A stretch of 64,000 nucleotides of DNA from Centroscyllium fabricii. Taxonomy: Eukaryota. The notes beneath the pieces were generated by a model. The model saw nothing but the letters and a program-made list of their open reading frames with translations. It was not told where the DNA came from and made no database searches. Location of the stretch: contig JBNRSN020000023.1 in the NCBI GenBank assembly GCA_051313645.2, positions 51,460,001-51,524,000 of the forward strand. Reading direction: 5' to 3'. A program made the position numbers and the translations under genes. The stretch's first letter is position 1. Each line of letters starts with the position of its first letter. Positions 51,001 to 62,958 of the stretch are shown one piece after another.

Positions 51001-52790
51001 GCTTCGGACTTTGCCCTTGCTGCCACCCTGAATCAGGCAGGCAGGCCCGTAGCGTTTTTCTCCCGCACCCTACAGGGACCCGAAACTCGCCACTCAGCAG
51101 TGGAAAAGGAGGCCCAGGCCATCGTGGAGGCCGTGCGCTACTGGCGTCATTACCTGGGCGGTAAGCGTTTTACCCTGCTCACCGACCAACGGTCGGTGGC
51201 GTTTATGTTTAACAATAAACAACGGGGTAAAATCAAGAATGATAAGATCCTGCGGTGGCGGATCGAACTCTCGACTTACGAGTACGACATTCTTTACCGA
51301 CCAGGCAAACTCAATGATCCCCCGGACGCACTGTCCAGGGGACCCTGCGCCAGTGCCCAGCTAGACCGGCTGAAGGACCTCCACGACCGCCTCTGCCACC
51401 CGGGTGTCACCAGACTCGCCCATTTCGTTAAATCTCGTAGCCTTCCCTACTCCATCACGGAGATTAAGGCTATGACCCGAGAGTGCCCTGTCTGCGCCGA
51501 GTGCAAACCCCACTTTTTCCGGCCAGACACGGCGCACCTCATTAAGGCCACCTGCCCCTTTGAACGTCTCAGCGTGGACTTCAAAGGCCCCCTCCCTTCC
51601 ACCGACCGCAACTCATACTTCCTCACGGTAGTGGATGAGTTCTCCCGCTTCCCCTTTGCCTTCCCCTGCCCAGACATGACGAGCGCGACGGTGATCAAAC
51701 ACTTCACCACGCTGTTCGCCATTTTCGTTCTCCCCAGCTACATCCATAGCGACCGGGGGTCATCGTTCATGAGCGATGAACTGCGCCAGTTTCTGCTCCA
51801 GAGAGGGGTTGCCACGAGCAGAACGACCAGTTATAACCCCCGGGGGAACGGCCAGGTAGAAAGGGAGAATGGGATTATCTGGAAGGCGGTCACCCTGGCT
51901 CTCAAGTCCAGAGGCCTTCCAGTGTCCCATTGGCAGGCAGTCCTCCCAGACACGCTGCACTCTATTCGCTCTCTGTTATGTACTGCCACTAACGCCACCC
52001 CGCACGATCTGATTTTCTCTTTTAACAGGAGGTCGACTTCGGGGACAGCTCTCCCTCCATGGCTGACGACTCCGGGGCCGGTTTTGCTTAGAAGGCATGT
52101 CCGGAGCCACAAGACGGACCCCCTGGTGGACAAGGTACAGCTCCTACACGCAAACCCGCACTACGCCTTTGTGCAGTTCCCGGACGGGCGTGAGGACACC
52201 GTGTCCATCAGGGACCTGGCTCCCGCAGGAAGCACCACCGCAGAGCCCCCAGCCGGCCAGCAGGCCGATCAACCACCAGACGCACGATGGCCCCCGAGTT
52301 TCCCCAACTACGACCCGGACGACGGGGACCAGCCAAGCCCACCGCCACCTGAAGTCACAGCGCCGGCAGATGCTGGCTATTCGACCCAGAAGGCACCACC
52401 ACCAACACCGGAGCGCCGGCGGTCCTCCAGGCAGAGACGACCGCCGGACAGACTTATCGTGAACTGTTCGACCCATTCACCCCCCCCGGACTCAAAGTTT
52501 TTAAGAAGGGGTGAATGTGGTAACCATTCTACTATACCACTGTACCCTTATGGCTAACAATGGGCTGTGCAGATGTTAGGCACAGCCCTGTATACTATGA
52601 CACTGTTGGGAGCCAGGTCAGCCACACCTCTAACTCCTCCCCCAGGTGAGGTCCGGTTATAGGTGGGATCTGACCGAGGCTCCTTCATTCCTGTTCGTCT
52701 GGAGAGTAGCTCCGTTCTTAGTAATTAAAAGCCTTTAGTTTCGGTAACTACGCGTCGACTCTTTTAATCGAAGATATTGACGATACGTCA
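48049..52790 (+). mobile_element. Full-length Ty3/Gypsy LTR retrotransposon (Mag-like)
   Basis: LTRs 48049-48331 and 52516-52790 (TG..CA; 4 substitutions + one 8-bp indel by eye), PPT AAGAAGGGGTGAA, gag-pol order PR-RT-RH-IN. Confidence 0.97.
48356..52557 (+). CDS. Gypsy gag-pol polyprotein (one frameshift near 48525; 1326-aa open frame)
   Basis: Two CX2CX4HX4C knuckles, protease FDTGS, RT IDLKSAYHQ/VPFGV/YLDN, RNase H SDAS/EKEA/TDQ, integrase HHCC + VDFKGP/SDRG/GQVER. Confidence 0.93.
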
Positions 52791-53784
52791 GAGGCGCCAA
52801 TACATAACCTTCCCCATGGATGCCGAGCAGCAGCAGCAACTCCATGAGGGGTTCGCGGCTATCCATGGCTTCCTCATGGTGCACGGTGTCATTGATTGCA
52901 CTCATGTGGCATTGCGGGCACCTTATCGGACCGCAACAGGAAGGGCTTTCATTCCCTTAACGTCCAACTCGTCTGCAACCACCGGCAGCTCATCATGGCA
53001 GTGAATGCTCAGTGCCCAGGGAGCACGCATGATTCATTCATTCTGCGACAGAGCACTATCACCAACCTGTTTGAGGGACCCAATCACCCAGATGGATGGC
53101 TTCTGGGGAACAAGGGGTATGGTCTCGCCCCCCTGGCTCATGACACCACTCCATGCACCCCAGACACCTGCTGAGGATCGCTACAACATCAGCCATCAGA
53201 TGACCAGGGCCATCATTGAACAGACTATTGGCATCCTCAAAATGCAGTTCCACTGTCTGGAACACTCTGGAGGTGCCCTCCAGTACGGGCCTGACTACGT
53301 GTCGCGCTTTGTGGTGGTGTGCTGCATGCTGCACAACCTGGCAATCTTCAGGACACAGCCACTACTGCCAGATCTTGTGCCAGCAGCGGAGGAGGAGGAG
53401 GAGGCGGCGGAGGAGGAGGAGGAAGATGAGGATCCTCAGCAGCAGCCCCAGCAGAGGAGGCTCCTGCAAACTGGAAGGGCTGTGTGTCAGAGGCTAGTGG
53501 ACAGCCGCTTCTAGGTGCCTCCTAATGGAATGAGGCTGGAAGGAGGTGTGGGCTTCAGCAACACCTGTCCATGTATTTTCAGTGACTTTACTCCTTATTT
53601 CTGTTAATTTAAATAAATGCACAGTGAGGTACCCACCCCACAAAACATAAATAACATAGCCAAGGTGGCAAGGGAGGTATGATGGAATGAGTGTAGGTAC
53701 CGACTTCTTTGGATGGATAGTGCCAAAGGCTGCTGTTCTGAGGAGCAAGAGGAAGGAGAGAGGAGAGGATGCTGATGAACTCAC

Positions 53785-54745
53785 CACTGCCACCCACAAC
53801 GGGGGTCGGCATCTCCTGAAGCCACAGGAGTACTCAGCCGGGTGCCCATAATCCTCGGCAGCTGCTCCTCCATCGGGGTTAGCTCCTCAATGTTGGGAGA
53901 GCCGCCCCCGGTGCGGTCCTGCTCCCTTCTGTTGCTGGCGAGCTTGCGCTGCAAGGAAAAGGAGAGAATGTGAGGTAGAGGAAAGGAAGTCGTGCATATG
54001 AAATGCCTAGCATGCATGAGCAAGTCCTTCAAGCATAGCAGTCTGAGTACAGAAGGCAATGAGAATTTCCTTCAAGCATAGCATCTGAGTACACAAGGCA
54101 ATGAGAATTTCCTTCAAGCATAACAGTCTCAGTACACAAGGCAATGAGAATTTCCTTCAAGCATAACAGTCTTAGTACACAAGGCAATGAGAATTTCCTT
54201 CAAGCATAACAGTCTCAGTACACAAGGCAATGAGAATTTCCTTCAAGCATAACAGTCTCAGTACACAAGGCAATGAGAATTTCCTTCAAGCATAACAGTC
54301 TCAGTACACAAGGCAATGAGAATTTCCTTCAAGCATAACAGTCTCAGTACACAAGGCAATGAGCAATTCCTTCATGCAACAGGCTGCTGAAGGACACAGA
54401 CCCTCAGGGCAATGAGGTTGTGTGCATGGGGGGTTTAGGACCCTGCAGCCAAGCATTTTGGCTCAGATGCAAAGAAACATAGAGTAACAGATTTTTTTAC
54501 TCACCCTCAGACCCCTGCAGAGGTCATTAAATTTTTTCCTGCATTGGAATAGAGTCCTAGGCACAACACTGCTGCTGCTCACAAGCTGTGCAACCTCATG
54601 CCACAGCCTGTTTGCCCTCCCTGGGCGTAGGTTTGCACCCACTCTGAGGGTACAGCGCTTCCCTGCGCTCCTCGACAGCATTCAAGAGGGCTTCAAAGGC
54701 CCTGATGGAAAACTTTTCTGCCTGTTCCCTCGCTGCTTTAGGCAT
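53785..54745 (-). pseudogene. Harbinger Myb/SANT-like DNA-binding gene, two exons (54745-54505 and 53948-53785), one frameshift
   Basis: KFSIRAFEALLNAVEERREAL..LWHEVAQLVSS..RTLFQCRKKFNDL | RKLASNRREQDRTGGG..LTPMEE; GTGAGT donors and TTGCAG acceptor. Confidence 0.82.
54016..54377. repeat. 43-bp tandem repeat, about 8 copies, in the Myb gene intron
   Basis: Unit CAAGCATAACAGTCTCAGTACACAAGGCAATGAGAATTTCCTT. Confidence 0.95.
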
Positions 54746-54966
54746 GGCCTCGGTTTTCAAAATGTCCTCTTCCAAGGTGTGGTCAGAGCACCAGTCATAG
54801 GAGGAAGTGAGCAGGGAGTGGCTGCAATGGGAGGAAGACCCTCCCCCCTTTAAGAAATGTTACTGAACTCGCAATCCCGAGGCCTGGACTAATAATCCAG
54901 AGATACAGGAGTATAGGTCACACCGTGGTAGTTTGGGAATTCAAATTAATTAAAATAAAAAGCTGG

Positions 54967-55646
54967 TACAGGTTGAGCACTGGTAATCCGGTACCCTCGG
55001 GACTAGGCCGGTGCCGGACCATTGAAAATTCCGAACCACTGAAGGTTGAAGAAGTGATGGAAAACTTACTGATTAGCAGCTCTATCTTGTACTTCAGAGT
55101 GAAGGAATGGCAGAGATAATTGATGGGGCTGAATTTGTGGTCAGAGGCGGTGGAAACGCCACCGATCCACAAATAAATTGCCTGCCTACCTGGTGGTCCA
55201 GGAGGTACGAAGATTCGCGGTCCTGGGACTCTCCGGGTGCTGGCGGGTAGAGGCCCACGTATCCCGGGGTGCAGGCGGTTCGTGAGCGTCCTTGGGATCA
55301 GGTGGGCCGGCCTAACGAATGAGAGAAGGGAATCCCCATTCATTCTTATCGGTATTCCGTATGTATGGAAACCCCATAAGTATGAATTGGAAGACCCCAG
55401 AAAATACACCTAGACATCAAATAAATAAAAATAATCACATATTTAAAATGAATTAAAATGGCATTTAATTAAATATTTAAAACAAAAATTAAATTTTTTG
55501 AAAAATAAATTTACATGCTTTACAGCGGGAAATGGTGGCGCCGCCGAGCGGCTACGCCGCAAATTGAAGAGCGCCGGTTTCAATTTGTGCCGGACCACTG
55601 AAGGTGCCGGACCTACGGGCGCCGGATTACCGGTGCTCAACCTGTA
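54967..55646. mobile_element. Tigger-like MITE inside a SINE (inverted twin of 19990-20663)
   Basis: TA TSD, CAGGTTGAGCAC TIRs. Confidence 0.88.
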
Positions 55647-55899
55647 TCAGTAAAAGTGACCACGGCGCTGTCAGATTGTCATAAGAACCCAACTGGTTCA
55701 CTGATGTCCTTGAGGGAAGGAAACCTGCTGTCCTTGCCCGGTCTGGGCCTATATGTGACTCCAGTCCCACACATCCCGTAGTTGACTGTTAACTGCCCTT
55801 AGAAGTGGCCGGGCGAGTCTCTCAGTTGTAACTAGGGCTGGGCGATAAATGCCGGCCTTGCCAGCGACGCCCACATCCCAGGGATGAATAAAAACAAAG

Positions 55900-56632
55900 C
55901 GGGAAGAATCGGCTAGCGCACGTTTTGTGGCGCTAACCTGGACGCAGCGCTATTTTTAGCGCCAGCCGCTCGCTGGCGCCGTTGGCACTAAATTCACCTG
56001 TAGCACCCATAGTAGGAGGGCGGGTGCTAAAACACGCGTCCGCCCTCGTTCTTCGGGCGCTGCAGCCGAAGTTCCGGGCGCTGGGGGTCGCTGCGACATG
56101 CAGCGCAGAGTGGCGGCCCGCGGTACTGCAGGCCTTCCTCCCCAATTAAAGGGAGGGGCCTAGCGCGGCTGCAGCCGGAACCCCGCGGGACGAGATTCAC
56201 CACAAGGAGCCCGGCACTGGAGGGAAGTGCCGGGCTCAGTGGTCGGAGGCCTGACCCCGCGGGGGGGAGCAGCGGGGGAGACTGGGGGAGGCAGAGGGGG
56301 AAGGTGCTGGCAGTCGGCCAGCAATAAAAATGGCCGATCGGCGCCCTCCCCTTTAAGCAATGCTCCCCCGCTGCTCTTACGGCCAGAAAAGGCTGTTGCG
56401 GGCAGCGCCCGCGGAAAACTCAGCGGGCGCTGCCCAATTTCAGTCGCGGGCGCCAGAATAGCGCTGCACGCACTGATGACGTCATTCCCGCCGGCCAGCA
56501 GCGCGAGGAATTCAGTAGGGCGCTACTGGTTAGCGCCCCACTGAATTTCACAGTAGGTGCAAGCGCTGGCGCTAAGTGTCTTGCCCTTTTTGGGCGCTAA
56601 CGGGCAGGCGCAGGACAGCCAATTTCTAGCCC
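55900..56632. mobile_element. Harbinger-derived element or right arm of the Harbinger transposon
   Basis: TAGCGCC motifs; terminal sequence is an imperfect inverted match to 47029-47080. Confidence 0.65.
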
Positions 56633-56859
56633 AAAGAGTCTGCCAAGCTGACACAGAGAGGGAGGGAGAGAGAGCGAGGGGCCAGAGGGTAGTCTGTGCC
56701 TGTGGATCCGCACCCAGCAAGGAGCCGACAGCTTAGGGAGAGGAGGGCGAAGGAGAAAAGGTTTCATCTGTTGCAGAGAACAAAATGAAGGAACTGTCCC
56801 ATTGGGGAGCCAATGGAGAGATGGATCTAAACTATTTTCATTAAATTTTCCCCCCCCAG

Positions 56860-56900
56860 ACCTTCTACAAAGAAAAGAAGCGGGAGGACATTTACATCAG
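56860..56900 (+). CDS. DOCK5: DOCK5 exon (TFYKEKKREDIYI), near start of DHR-2
   Basis: polypyrimidine-ccag / gtagga, 41 nt; KKREDIYIR is DOCK5-type. Confidence 0.93.
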
Positions 56901-57029
56901 GTAGGAAGGTGTTTAGTATAATATTCACCATATTTCCAGGAAGGGGATGCGTTTGTGCAAATTGTACAACATGGCGTGTTCTTTGCACCAGCTAACGTGT
57001 TGATGTAAAATTCCTTTGTGCATTGTTTT

Positions 57030-57680
57030 ACATAAGAACCTAAGAATTAGGAGCAGGAGTCGGCCATACGTCCCCTCGAGCCGGCTCCGCCATTCAATGA
57101 GATCACGGCTGATCATCGACCTCAACTCCACTTTCCCGCCCGATCTCCATATCCCTTGATTCCCCTAGAGTCCAAAAATCTATCGCTCTCAGCCTTGAAT
57201 ATACTCAACGACTGAGCCTCCACAGCCCCCTGGCGGAGAGAATTCTAAAGATTCACCACCCTCTGAGTGAAGAAATTTCTCCTCATCTCAGTCCTAAATG
57301 GCCGACCCCTTAATCTGTGAATGTGACCACTGGTTCTGGACTCCCCAGTCAGGGAAACATACGCCTAACATCTACCCTATCAGGACCCTTAAGAATTTTA
57401 TACGTTTCGAGGAGATCACCTCTCATTCTTCTAAACTATAGTGAATATACTCAATCTCCCCTCTGAGGACAATCCCCCCATCCCAGGAATCAGTCTGGTG
57501 AACCTTTGTTGCACTCCCTCTAAGGCAATTATATCCTTCCTCAGGTAAGGAGACCAGAACTGTACACAATACTCCACGGCACGATATAATTGCAGTAAGA
57601 CTTCTTCATGGTTATACTCCAATTCTTTTGTAATAAAGGCGAACATATCATTTGCTTTCCTAATTGCTTGCTACACCTGG
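57030..57680 (-). mobile_element. CR1 3' fragment
   Basis: Reverse-strand EYCVQFWSPYLRKD peptide and CR1 3' UTR. Confidence 0.85.
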
Positions 57681-57689
57681 ACTTCATAG

Positions 57690-58915
57690 CCCAGTCAACC
57701 CTGCAAAGTCCTCCTCACTAACATCTGGGGACTTGTGCCAAAATTGGGAGGGCTGTCCCACAGACTAGTCATGCAACAGCCTGACATAGTCATACTCATA
57801 AATTCATACCTTTCAGCCAACGTCCCAGACTCTTCCATCACCATCCTTGGGTATGTCCTGTCCCATCAACAGTCCTCATCATTGACTCCAGGCCCCATGA
57901 AGTCTCATGGCATCAGGTCAAACATGGGCAAGGAAACCTCCTACTGATTACCACCTACCGTCCTCCCTCAGCTGATGAATCTGTACTCCTCCGTGTTGAC
58001 GAAGCACTGAGAGTAGCAAGGGCACAGAATGTACTCTGGGTGGGGGACTTCAATGTCCATCACCAAGATTGGCTCGGTAGCAACACGACTTACCGAGATG
58101 GCCAAGTCCTGAAGGACATAGATGCCGGACTGGGCCTGCGACAGAACGTGAGAGAACCAACATGAGGGAAAAAACTACTTGACCTCGTCCTCACTAATCT
58201 ACCTGTCGCAGATGCATTTGTCCATGACAGTATTGGTAGGAGTGACTACCGCACAGTCCTTGAGGAGACAAAGTCCCACCTTCACACTAAGGACACCCTC
58301 CATCGTGTTGTGTGGCACTACCACTTTGCTAAATTGGATAGATTCAGAACAGATCTAGCAGCTCAAAACTGGGCATCCATGAGGCGCTGTGGGCCATCAG
58401 CAGCAGCAGAATTATATTCCACCACAATCTGTAACCTCATGGCCTGGCATATACCTCACTCTACCGTTACCATCAAGCCACAGGACCAACCCTGATTCAA
58501 TGAGGGTTCACCTGACGAAGGGGCAGAAGCTCCGAAAGCTTGTGATTTAAAATAAAACTGTTGGACTATAACCTGGTGTTGTGTGACTTCTTCCAATTGT
58601 CCACCCCAGTCCAACACCGGCACCTCCACATAATGAGGAGTGTAGAAGAGCATGCCAGAAGCAGCACCAGGCGTACCTAAAAATGAGGTGCCAACCTGGG
58701 GAAGCTGCAACGTGCATGCTGAACAGCGGAAGCAGCTTGCTATAGACAGAGCTAAGCGATCCCACAACCGACTGATCAGATCAAAGCTTTGCAGTCCTGC
58801 CACATCCAGCCGTGAATGGTGGTGGACCATTAAACAACTAATGGGAGGAGGAGGTAGTGCCTCCTTCTGAAGTCCCCACCAACACAGAAGCCAGTCTTCA
58901 GGCAATTCAATTCAC
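57690..58915 (+). mobile_element. Degenerate LINE endonuclease-region fragment
   Basis: QQPDIVIL..SYL..ITI.GY, VGDFN (GTGGGGGACTTCAAT), LDLVL, GRSDY APE motifs with stops and deletions. Confidence 0.7.
58506..58631 (+). mobile_element. 126-bp hammerhead-containing retroelement
   Basis: TSD AATGAGG; hammerhead motif 58508-58545; same sequence family at 38423-38520 and 15729-15883. Confidence 0.72.
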
Positions 58916-59094
58916 TCCATGTGAGGTGTAACTTGGAGGGTCGAGGCAAGGACATCAGTTGGGAGACCAGTAGAGAAAGTAAGCCGCAGTGTATAAAAGG
59001 CAGGAGATTGTCAGATGTTAGTGGCCATGATAGAATCAGACATGGGGTCTGGAGGCAGCAAGCTGGATGGTTTAACTTGTGTTGTCACTGTCAG

Positions 59095-59185
59095 GTACCT
59101 CTATAAACTGCGTGATCTGCATCGGGACTGTGAGAATTATACCGAGGCGGCTTATACCCTACTACTGCACGCAGAACTGCTGCAG
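59095..59185 (+). CDS. DOCK5: DOCK5 exon ([30 protein letters not shown]), DHR-2 lobe A
   Basis: tgtcag / gtaaga, 91 nt. Confidence 0.96.
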
Positions 59186-59239
59186 GTAAGAGACATTCTT
59201 AACGTGCCTCTGAGCCTATTAGGGGTGGTCTTATTGTTT

Positions 59240-60997
59240 AGAATCATAGAATGGTTACAGCATGGAAGAATGCCATTCGGCCCGTCGATCCCGTGCTAAC
59301 TCTCTGCGCGAGCACTTCAGCTAGTCCCATTCCCCCGCCCTTTCCCCGTAGTCCTGCAAATTTCTTTCCATCAGATACTTATCCAACTCCCTTTTGAAAG
59401 CCGTGATTGAATCGGCCTCCACCACCCTGTCAGGCCGCGCATTCCACATTCGCACCACTCGCTGCGTAAAAAAGCTTTTTCTTGCGTCGCCTTTGGTTCT
59501 TTTGCCAATCACCTTAAATCTGTGTTCTCGGCCCTTCTGCCGGTGGGAACAGTTTCTCTCCATCTACTCTGTCCAGACCCCTCATGATTTTGAACACCTC
59601 AATCAAATCTCCTCTCAATCTTCTCTGCTCCAAGGAGAACAACCCCAGCTTCTCCAGTCTATCCACGAAACTGAAGTCCCTCATCCCTGGAATCATTCTC
59701 GTAAATCTTTTCTGCGCCCTCTCTAAGGGCTTCACATCCTGCCTAAAGTGCGGTGCCCAGAATTGGACACAATACTCCAGTTGGGTTCATCATAACTTCC
59801 TTGCTTCTGTACTCTATGCCTCTATTCATGAATCCCAGGATGCCGTATACTTTCTTAACCGCTTTCTCAACCTGCCCTGCCACCTTCAATGATTTGTGCA
59901 CATATACCCCCAGGTCTCTCTGCTCACGCACCCCCTTTAGGATTGTACCCTTTAGTTTATATTTCCTCTCCTCATTCTTTCAACCAAAATGTATTACTTC
60001 GTACTTTTCTGCGTTAAATTTCATCTGCCGAGAGTCCGCCCATTCCACCAGCCTGTCCATATCTTCCTGAAGTTTATCACTCTCCTCCTCACTGTTCACT
60101 ATACTCCAAGATTTGTGTCATCTTCAAATTTTGAAATTGTGCCCTGTACACCCAAGTCCAAGTCATTAATATATATCAAGAAAAGCAGTGGTCCTAGAAC
60201 CGACCCCCCCCCTGGGGAACACCACTGTACACCTTCCTCCAGTCCGAAAAATAACCGTTCACCACTACTCTCTGTTTCCTGTCACTTAGCCAGGCTGTCC
60301 GTATCCATGCTGCCACTGTCCCTTTTATTCCATTGGCTTCAAATCAGCTTCATGCTACACACGGGAGGGATTCTCCTCCTTGCGACTGCTCCTACAGTTA
60401 AAGGTGAGGCCTGACGAGGATTCTACAGTTTTAGTGTGACATTGAGTCATAGAGTTATACAGCACAGAAAGAGGTCCTTCAGCCCATCGTGTCCGCGCCG
60501 GCCATCAAGCCCAGTCTATTCTAATCCCATTTTCCAGCACTTGGCCCGTAGCATTGTATGCTATGGCATTTCAAGTGCTCATCTAAATGCTTCTTGAATG
60601 TTGTGAGGGTTCCTGCCTCTACCACCCTTTCAGGCAGTGAGTTCCAGATTCCAACCACCCTCTGGGTGAAAAAGTTCTTGCTCAAATCCCCTCTAAACCT
60701 CCTGCCCCTTACCTTGAAACTATGCCCCTTGGTTATCGACCCCTCTACCAAGGGAAAAAGTTCCTTTCTATCTACCCTATCTATGCCCTCACAATTGTGC
60801 ACACCTCAATCAGGTCCCCCCTCAGCCTTCTCTGCTCCAAGGAAAACAACCCCAGCCTGTCCAGTCTTTCTTCATAGCTGAAGTGCTCCAGCCCAGGTAA
60901 CATCCTGGTGAATCTCCTCTGCACCCTCTCCAAAGCAATCACATCCTTCCTATAGTGAATCACATCCTTCCTATAGTGAATCACATCCTTCCTATAG
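59240..60997 (-). mobile_element. Two adjacent CR1 3' fragments (59240-60350; 60447-60997)
   Basis: Reverse-strand RT C-terminal peptides ([27 protein letters not shown]). Confidence 0.85.
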
Positions 60998-61140
60998 TCA
61001 TCCTCAGAAATAAAACACCACCAATTTGACAGAAAGCATTTCTTGCCTTTTTTTCTTCAGTAACAATAAGGAATTTCAGAGAGTTGCCCATTTAGAATTG
61101 TTTTTGAATCGTTCTCTGCTCCTTTTGGTTGCTCCCACAG

Positions 61141-61260
61141 TGGTCGGACCACGGCTGCGCCGCTCACCTCATCCACAGAGAGGATTACCAAGCGCTGACC
61201 AACCGGGAGCTCAAAGAGAAGCTGTACCAAGAAATCATCCACTACTGCGACAAGGGCAAG
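61141..61260 (+). CDS. DOCK5: DOCK5 exon (WSDHGCAAHLIHREDYQALTNRELKEKLYQEIIHYCDKGK)
   Basis: cccacag / gtgcgt, 120 nt phase 0-0; ELKEKLYQEII..DKGK motif. Confidence 0.94.
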
Positions 61261-61784
61261 GTGCGTGTGCACCACACGCGGTGACCCCCAGCACGTCCTC
61301 ACACATACTGACCCCCAGCACTTACTGCGTCACTCAAACCCCACCTCATACAATTTTCTTTTTGTTCATGGTCATCGCTGGCAAGGCCAGTATTTATTGC
61401 CCATCCCTAATTGCCCTCGAGAAGGTGGCGGTGAGCCGCCACCTTGAACCGCTGCAGTCCATGTGATAAGAACTTAAGAAGTAGGAGCAGGAGTCGGCCA
61501 TATGGCCCCTCGGGCCTGCTCCGCCATTCAATAGGATCATGGCTGATCCGAACTTAGACTCATGTCCACTTCCCTGCCCGTTCCCTGTAACCCCTTATTC
61601 CCTTATCAGCTAGGAAACTGTCTATCTCCGTTTTAAATTTATTTAATGTCGCAGCTTCCACAGTTCTCTGAGGCAGCAAATTCCATAGACTTACTACCCT
61701 CTGAGTGAAGAAGTTTCTCCTCATCTCAGTTTTGAAAGGGCAGCCCCTTATTCTCAGATTATTCAATTGAATTCAATTTTACTG

Positions 61785-62402
61785 TCATTCCAGTGTACTA
61801 GTACAATACAACGAAACGTAGATTCGCCGCTCCCGAGAGTAGTGCAAATAAGTTACATAACATGGGTTGCACACAATAAAGTACATTTCAGGTGTGCAGA
61901 TACTGGAGTTTTTTGTTAGAGTTCAGGAGGCTGACAGCCCTGGGGAAGAAGCTGTTCTTGAATCTGGTCGTGTGGGTGCAAATTGATCTGTAGCGTCTCC
62001 TGGAGGGCAGGAGAGTGAACAGACTATGGCTGGGGAGTGTGGGGTCTTTAATAATGTTCTGAGACCTCCGTAGGCAGCGTTTCAGGTAGGTCCATTCAAT
62101 TGATGGTAGCTAGGTGCCGGTGATTCGTTGGGCAGTTTTGACTACCCGCTGCAGGGCCTTCACCGTGGCCCGAGATAGTGCAGTTTCCATACCAGACTGT
62201 GATGCAGCTTGTCAGTATGCTTTCAATTGTGCAGCGGTAGAAGTTGTTGAGGATGCCGGATATCAGCTTGGCCTTTTTCAGCTTCCTTAGGAAGTACAGA
62301 CGCTGTTGGGCCTTCTGTATCAGAGAGGAGGTGTTTAGTGATCAGGAGAAGTCTTCCGAGATGTGGACCCTGAGGAACTTGAAGCTGGACACCCTTTCCA
62401 CC
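61785..62402 (-). mobile_element. Rex1/Babar-like LINE 3' fragment nested in a CR1 (61468-62755)
   Basis: Reverse-strand VSSFKFL..KAQQRLYFLRKLKK..FYRCTIESILTSCITVWYG. Confidence 0.8.
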
Positions 62403-62958
62403 TCAGCCCCTAGTTCTAGTCTCACCCATCAGTGGAAACATCCTCACCGCATCCACCCGATCAAGCCCCCTCACAATCTTATATGTTTCGATAAGATCGC
62501 CTCTCAGTCTTCTGAATTCCAATGAGTAGAGGCCCAACCTACTCAACCTTTCCTCATAAATCAACCCCCTCATCTCCGGAATCAACCGAGTGAACCTTCT
62601 CTGAACTGCCTCGAGAGCAAGTATATCTTTTCTTAAATATGGAAACCAAAACTGCACAGTATTCCAGGTGTGGCCTCACCAGTACCCTGTATAACAGCAG
62701 CAAGACTTCCCTGTTTTTATACTCCATCCTCCTTGCAATAAAAGCTAAGATTCCATTGGTGATGAAGGTGCTTCCACTTCTTTGTAGCAGTTTGGTACAA
62801 CTGAGTGATTTGCTCAGCCATTTCAGAGGGCAGTTAAGAGTCTGGAGCCACAGGTAGGCCAGACCGGGTAAGGACGGCAGATTTCCTTCCTTAAAAGACA
62901 TTAGTGAACCAGATGGATTTTTACAACAATCCAGTCGTTTCATAGTCACCATTACTGA

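Larger units (their letters stand above)
47600..53514 (+). pseudogene. Harbinger DDE transposase (HARBI1-like family), frameshifted and split by the Gypsy element
   Basis: [41 protein letters not shown](N)KGY, WLMTP, IEQTIGILK, CCMLHN motifs; N-part 47600-48044, C-part 52791-53514. Confidence 0.9.
47029..54860. mobile_element. PIF/Harbinger transposon (transposase + convergent Myb/SANT gene), degenerate; right end uncertain (possibly 56632)
   Basis: Left end GGGCGCGAAATTG with many TAGCGCC subterminal motifs; both Harbinger genes present; similar inverted end CAATTTCTAGCCC at 56620-56632. Confidence 0.85.

Noticed and set aside
54016-54377. CRISPR-like regular repeats (also 23934-24553, 31240-32740)
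   Set aside because: Head-to-tail units with no unique spacers, no cas genes, eukaryotic context
47600-54745. Domesticated host genes HARBI1/NAIF1
   Set aside because: Multiple frameshifts, LTR insertion, transposon end and intronic location indicate a dead transposon
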